DNA from: the human T2T-CHM13v2.0 reference genome, Homo sapiens
Direction of reading: 5' to 3'
Assembly: GCA_009914755.4 (NCBI GenBank)
Contig: CP068257.2
Coordinates: forward strand, 38,784,001-38,848,000
DNA: 64,000 nt
The first letter of the stretch is position 1, and each line of letters opens with the position of its first letter. The notes below the pieces were generated by a model. The model was not told the origin of the DNA. It saw only the letters and a list, made by a program, of their open reading frames with translations, and searched no databases. A program made the position numbers and the translations under genes. Shown one piece after another: positions 60,715 to 64,000 of the stretch.

Positions 60715-61828
60715 AAAAAGTATTAAATATAATTTTTTTAAATAATAGAGAAGTATCATTGCAAGAAGGCTTGAATATGCAGATGAAAATGATCACAATG
60801 CCCTAAGAATAGTTGATATTAAAAATTTAGCAAGAACTGTATCTAAATTAGTATTTCATTAATTGGACTTTTGTAGATAAATTATAATTAGAAAAAAAAT
60901 TTTTTAGAGTTCACTTAAAAAAAAGTAAATTAAAATTACACCAATCTCAGATTTTCTCACAGTAACAGTCTACTTATGAAACTATTGGGATAACATCTAT
61001 GAAATTCTCAAGAAAACAAAATGTTATACCCAGGCAGAATAACATTTAATTATATGATTACAGGTCACATTTTCAAATGGGAAAATAGGCAGGAATTGCA
61101 GGGGCTGTAAAATCTTCCTGACAATCAGAAAAAAAATTAGCTAATGAGAAAATGAGGAAAGACCACTAATATTGAACTCTAGCTAACGATATGTATGCTA
61201 ACGTGTTCAAAGGTAAAGTCGATTGCTATCTGAAAATTATTGTGAAGTGCAATACACTTCACAATAATACAAAAATTATTGTGAATACACAATACAAAAA
61301 TTATTGTGAATACAATGGAATGATGAGTGTCACTAAATGGATAGCTAATAGGTAAAGCAAATATTGCATATATTGATTGTACAATCCAGGTAATGGTTAA
61401 TGGGTGCTCACAATACAATTATTTTCATATTTCTATATATTTATGACTTTTCATAATAAAATGATGAAAAATCACAAAACCATAGCAAAGTATTGTCTCT
61501 CCACATTTATTCTATTTAACTATAGTATTAGGAGTAAAATATCTGTGGAAATTACTGTACAGAAATCAATTGTAAATCATGGCAATTTAGAATTACTGTA
61601 ACAAAAGTCCATAGGACAAAGAAGATGAGAGATAAGGGATAGAGGGATGCCTATACAGGAATCAAATAGATTCTTTAATGGTGATAAATCAATTAATCAA
61701 GATATAAATACTGGAAAAACCAATAAAAATATAACCAAGTTAATTTGGGGAGTGGCATACTTAGAATACTTTATAATTTCATCTCTGGCCATAGTGGGAA
61801 GTTGACACTGTATTTGGAAAAAGAAGAA

Positions 61829-62174
<346 letters not shown>

Positions 62175-62734
62175 TCAATTTGTAATTACAGAGTTAGCCA
62201 TTATAAAAACTAAAAACATCCCACATTTTCATATTATGAAAAGAAATATTGCACACACTTACACAGAAAAAGAGGGGAAAATGCAAAATAAAGATATAAA
62301 GAGAAAGAATAACGTAAAATATGATATTTACAATGTGAATGTGCTACATATGCCTCCCTTTGGACCACAAACTTAACTATACATTGTTGTGGTAAGTTTT
62401 AAAGTATTTACAAATATCAAATATTAATAATGTGGAAAGGCAAATCAGGCAAATTGGAAAGGAAAGCCATGGCCATGTTCTGAGTAGCAGACACAGTTAA
62501 AACAGGGTAGAAAGCATTCCTGTGACAAAGCATGGCCCTTTATGATGAGTAAGCATATACTCAGCAATAAACATGTAAGAGGTATGAATATGTGCACACG
62601 ATGAAAATATTACATCAAATTTAATAAAGTGAAACCTACAAGAATTTTTTAAATAGGCAGAAGTATGTCAATAGTGAGGGACTTCAATTCACATCTCTCA
62701 GTCCATGACTGACCCAGTATACAACGAAAGAAAA

Positions 62735-63835
62735 ATAATGAAGATTTAAACAACATAGTTATATCTATTTGTACTTTACCTAATTCTATAACCTAAGGAC
62801 AGATAATTGACCTTCCTTCCCAGCAACTGAGGAAAAAAATGCCAATCTTGAAGACATGCTAGGTCACAAAGAGAAGTTCATTAAATATTTCCCCACAAAG
62901 TTATAACTTATCAGGATTTATGACCAAGAATTCACTCTTGAATTACAAAGGAAACAAAACCAGAGATCGAAGAACATTTACAAAAGTTGTATATGAAGTA
63001 GAACCTAGGTAATATGTTAAAAGCAATGCTCAGGAGACATTTTAAGTCTCGTACACATACATATGTAAATAATAAGAAAGGATGAAAATAAATGACATAA
63101 GCATCCAACTGAAAGAACTAGAAAAAAGCCAATAAAATATGCATGAGGAAAGCAAAAGGAACAAGTTAATAAAAACGTAAATACAAGAATGAATGCATTT
63201 GAAAACAGAATCATGTTAGACCTATTAAGTAAATGTAAAGTTTTAAGATAAAAAATTAGATTGTTGATTAAACATCAAAAGCAAAAATAATGAAGATTTA
63301 AACAACATAGTTAGATCTATTTGTACTTTACCTAATTCTGTAACCTAAGGACAGATAATTCATATTCCTTCCCGGCAATCAAGGAAAAAATTGCCAATCT
63401 TGAAGACATGTTAGGTCACAAAGAGAAGTTCATTAAATATTTCCCCACAAAGTTAGAACTTATCAGGATTTATGACCAAGAATTCACTCTTGAATCACAA
63501 AGGAAACCAAAACGGTGACTGGAGAACATATACAAAAGTTATATATGAGAGTAGAACCTAGGTAAAATGTTAAAAGCAATGCTCAGGAGACATTTTAAGT
63601 CTTGTACACATACGTATATAAATAACAAGAAAGGATGAAAATAAATGACATAAGCATCCAACTAAAAGAACTAGAAAAAAAATCAATAAAATACGAACAA
63701 AAAAGCAAAAGGAACAAGTTAATAAAATCATAAACACAAGAATCAATGCATTCGAAAACAGAATGATGTTAGAGCTATTAAATAAATCAAAAGTTTTGAA
63801 ATAAAAATTAGATTGTTGATTAAACTAAGCAAGAA
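62735..63835. repeat. Tandem duplication, 2 units of about 551 bp (about 93% identical)
   Basis: Unit 1 starts aataatgaagatttaaacaacatagttatatctatttgtactttacctaattctataacctaaggacagataattgacc..., and unit 2 at about 63287 starts aataatgaagatttaaacaacatagttagatctatttgtactttacctaattctgtaacctaaggacagataattcat.... Both end ..aaattagattgttgattaaac. Content is A-rich and possibly old L1-derived. Confidence 0.85.
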
Positions 63836-64000
63836 AAGAAGAACAAAACAAAATTAGAAATGAGAACAGGGAATGAATCAGATAGTGATGAAATTAAATG
63901 CTAGAACATACCATTCGATAAGAGAAGGAAATTAAAACTGTGCATATTAAAAAAGAAAGGAAATTACCATTGTTTGCACAAAATATAACTGTATAAATAA

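Overview
This window is primate (almost certainly human) nuclear DNA, not a prokaryotic locus. It carries at least 18 Alu SINEs, which are primate-specific. It also carries multiple L1 LINE fragments, a THE1-type and several MLT1/MST-type MaLR LTRs, and MIR SINEs. A Tigger-like DNA-transposon remnant is present as well. Dinucleotide microsatellites such as (CA)n and (GT)n and several minisatellites complete the picture, in an AT-rich, CpG-depleted background. The longest ORF is 198 aa. Many of the listed ORFs fall inside Alu, L1 or THE1 sequence, and several are direct translations of Alu repeats (for example the recurrent SPRLECSG... and [28 protein letters not shown] peptides). I can support no protein-coding gene, rRNA, tRNA, CRISPR array, operon or defence island from the sequence. 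Using the repeats shown, the region looks like a gene-poor intergenic or deep-intronic stretch built by successive retrotransposon insertions. The points of interest are structural rather than a novel system: nested insertions with intact target-site duplications, a twin-primed L1 fragment inside an Alu, a DNA-transposon remnant with an internally expanded 49-bp array, two minisatellites made of E-box-containing units, a tandem MIR duplication, a 551-bp tandem duplication, and a closely spaced inverted Alu pair. All coordinates were derived by eye, so boundaries are approximate (about 5 to 15 bp), and family or subfamily names rest on remembered consensus sequences.
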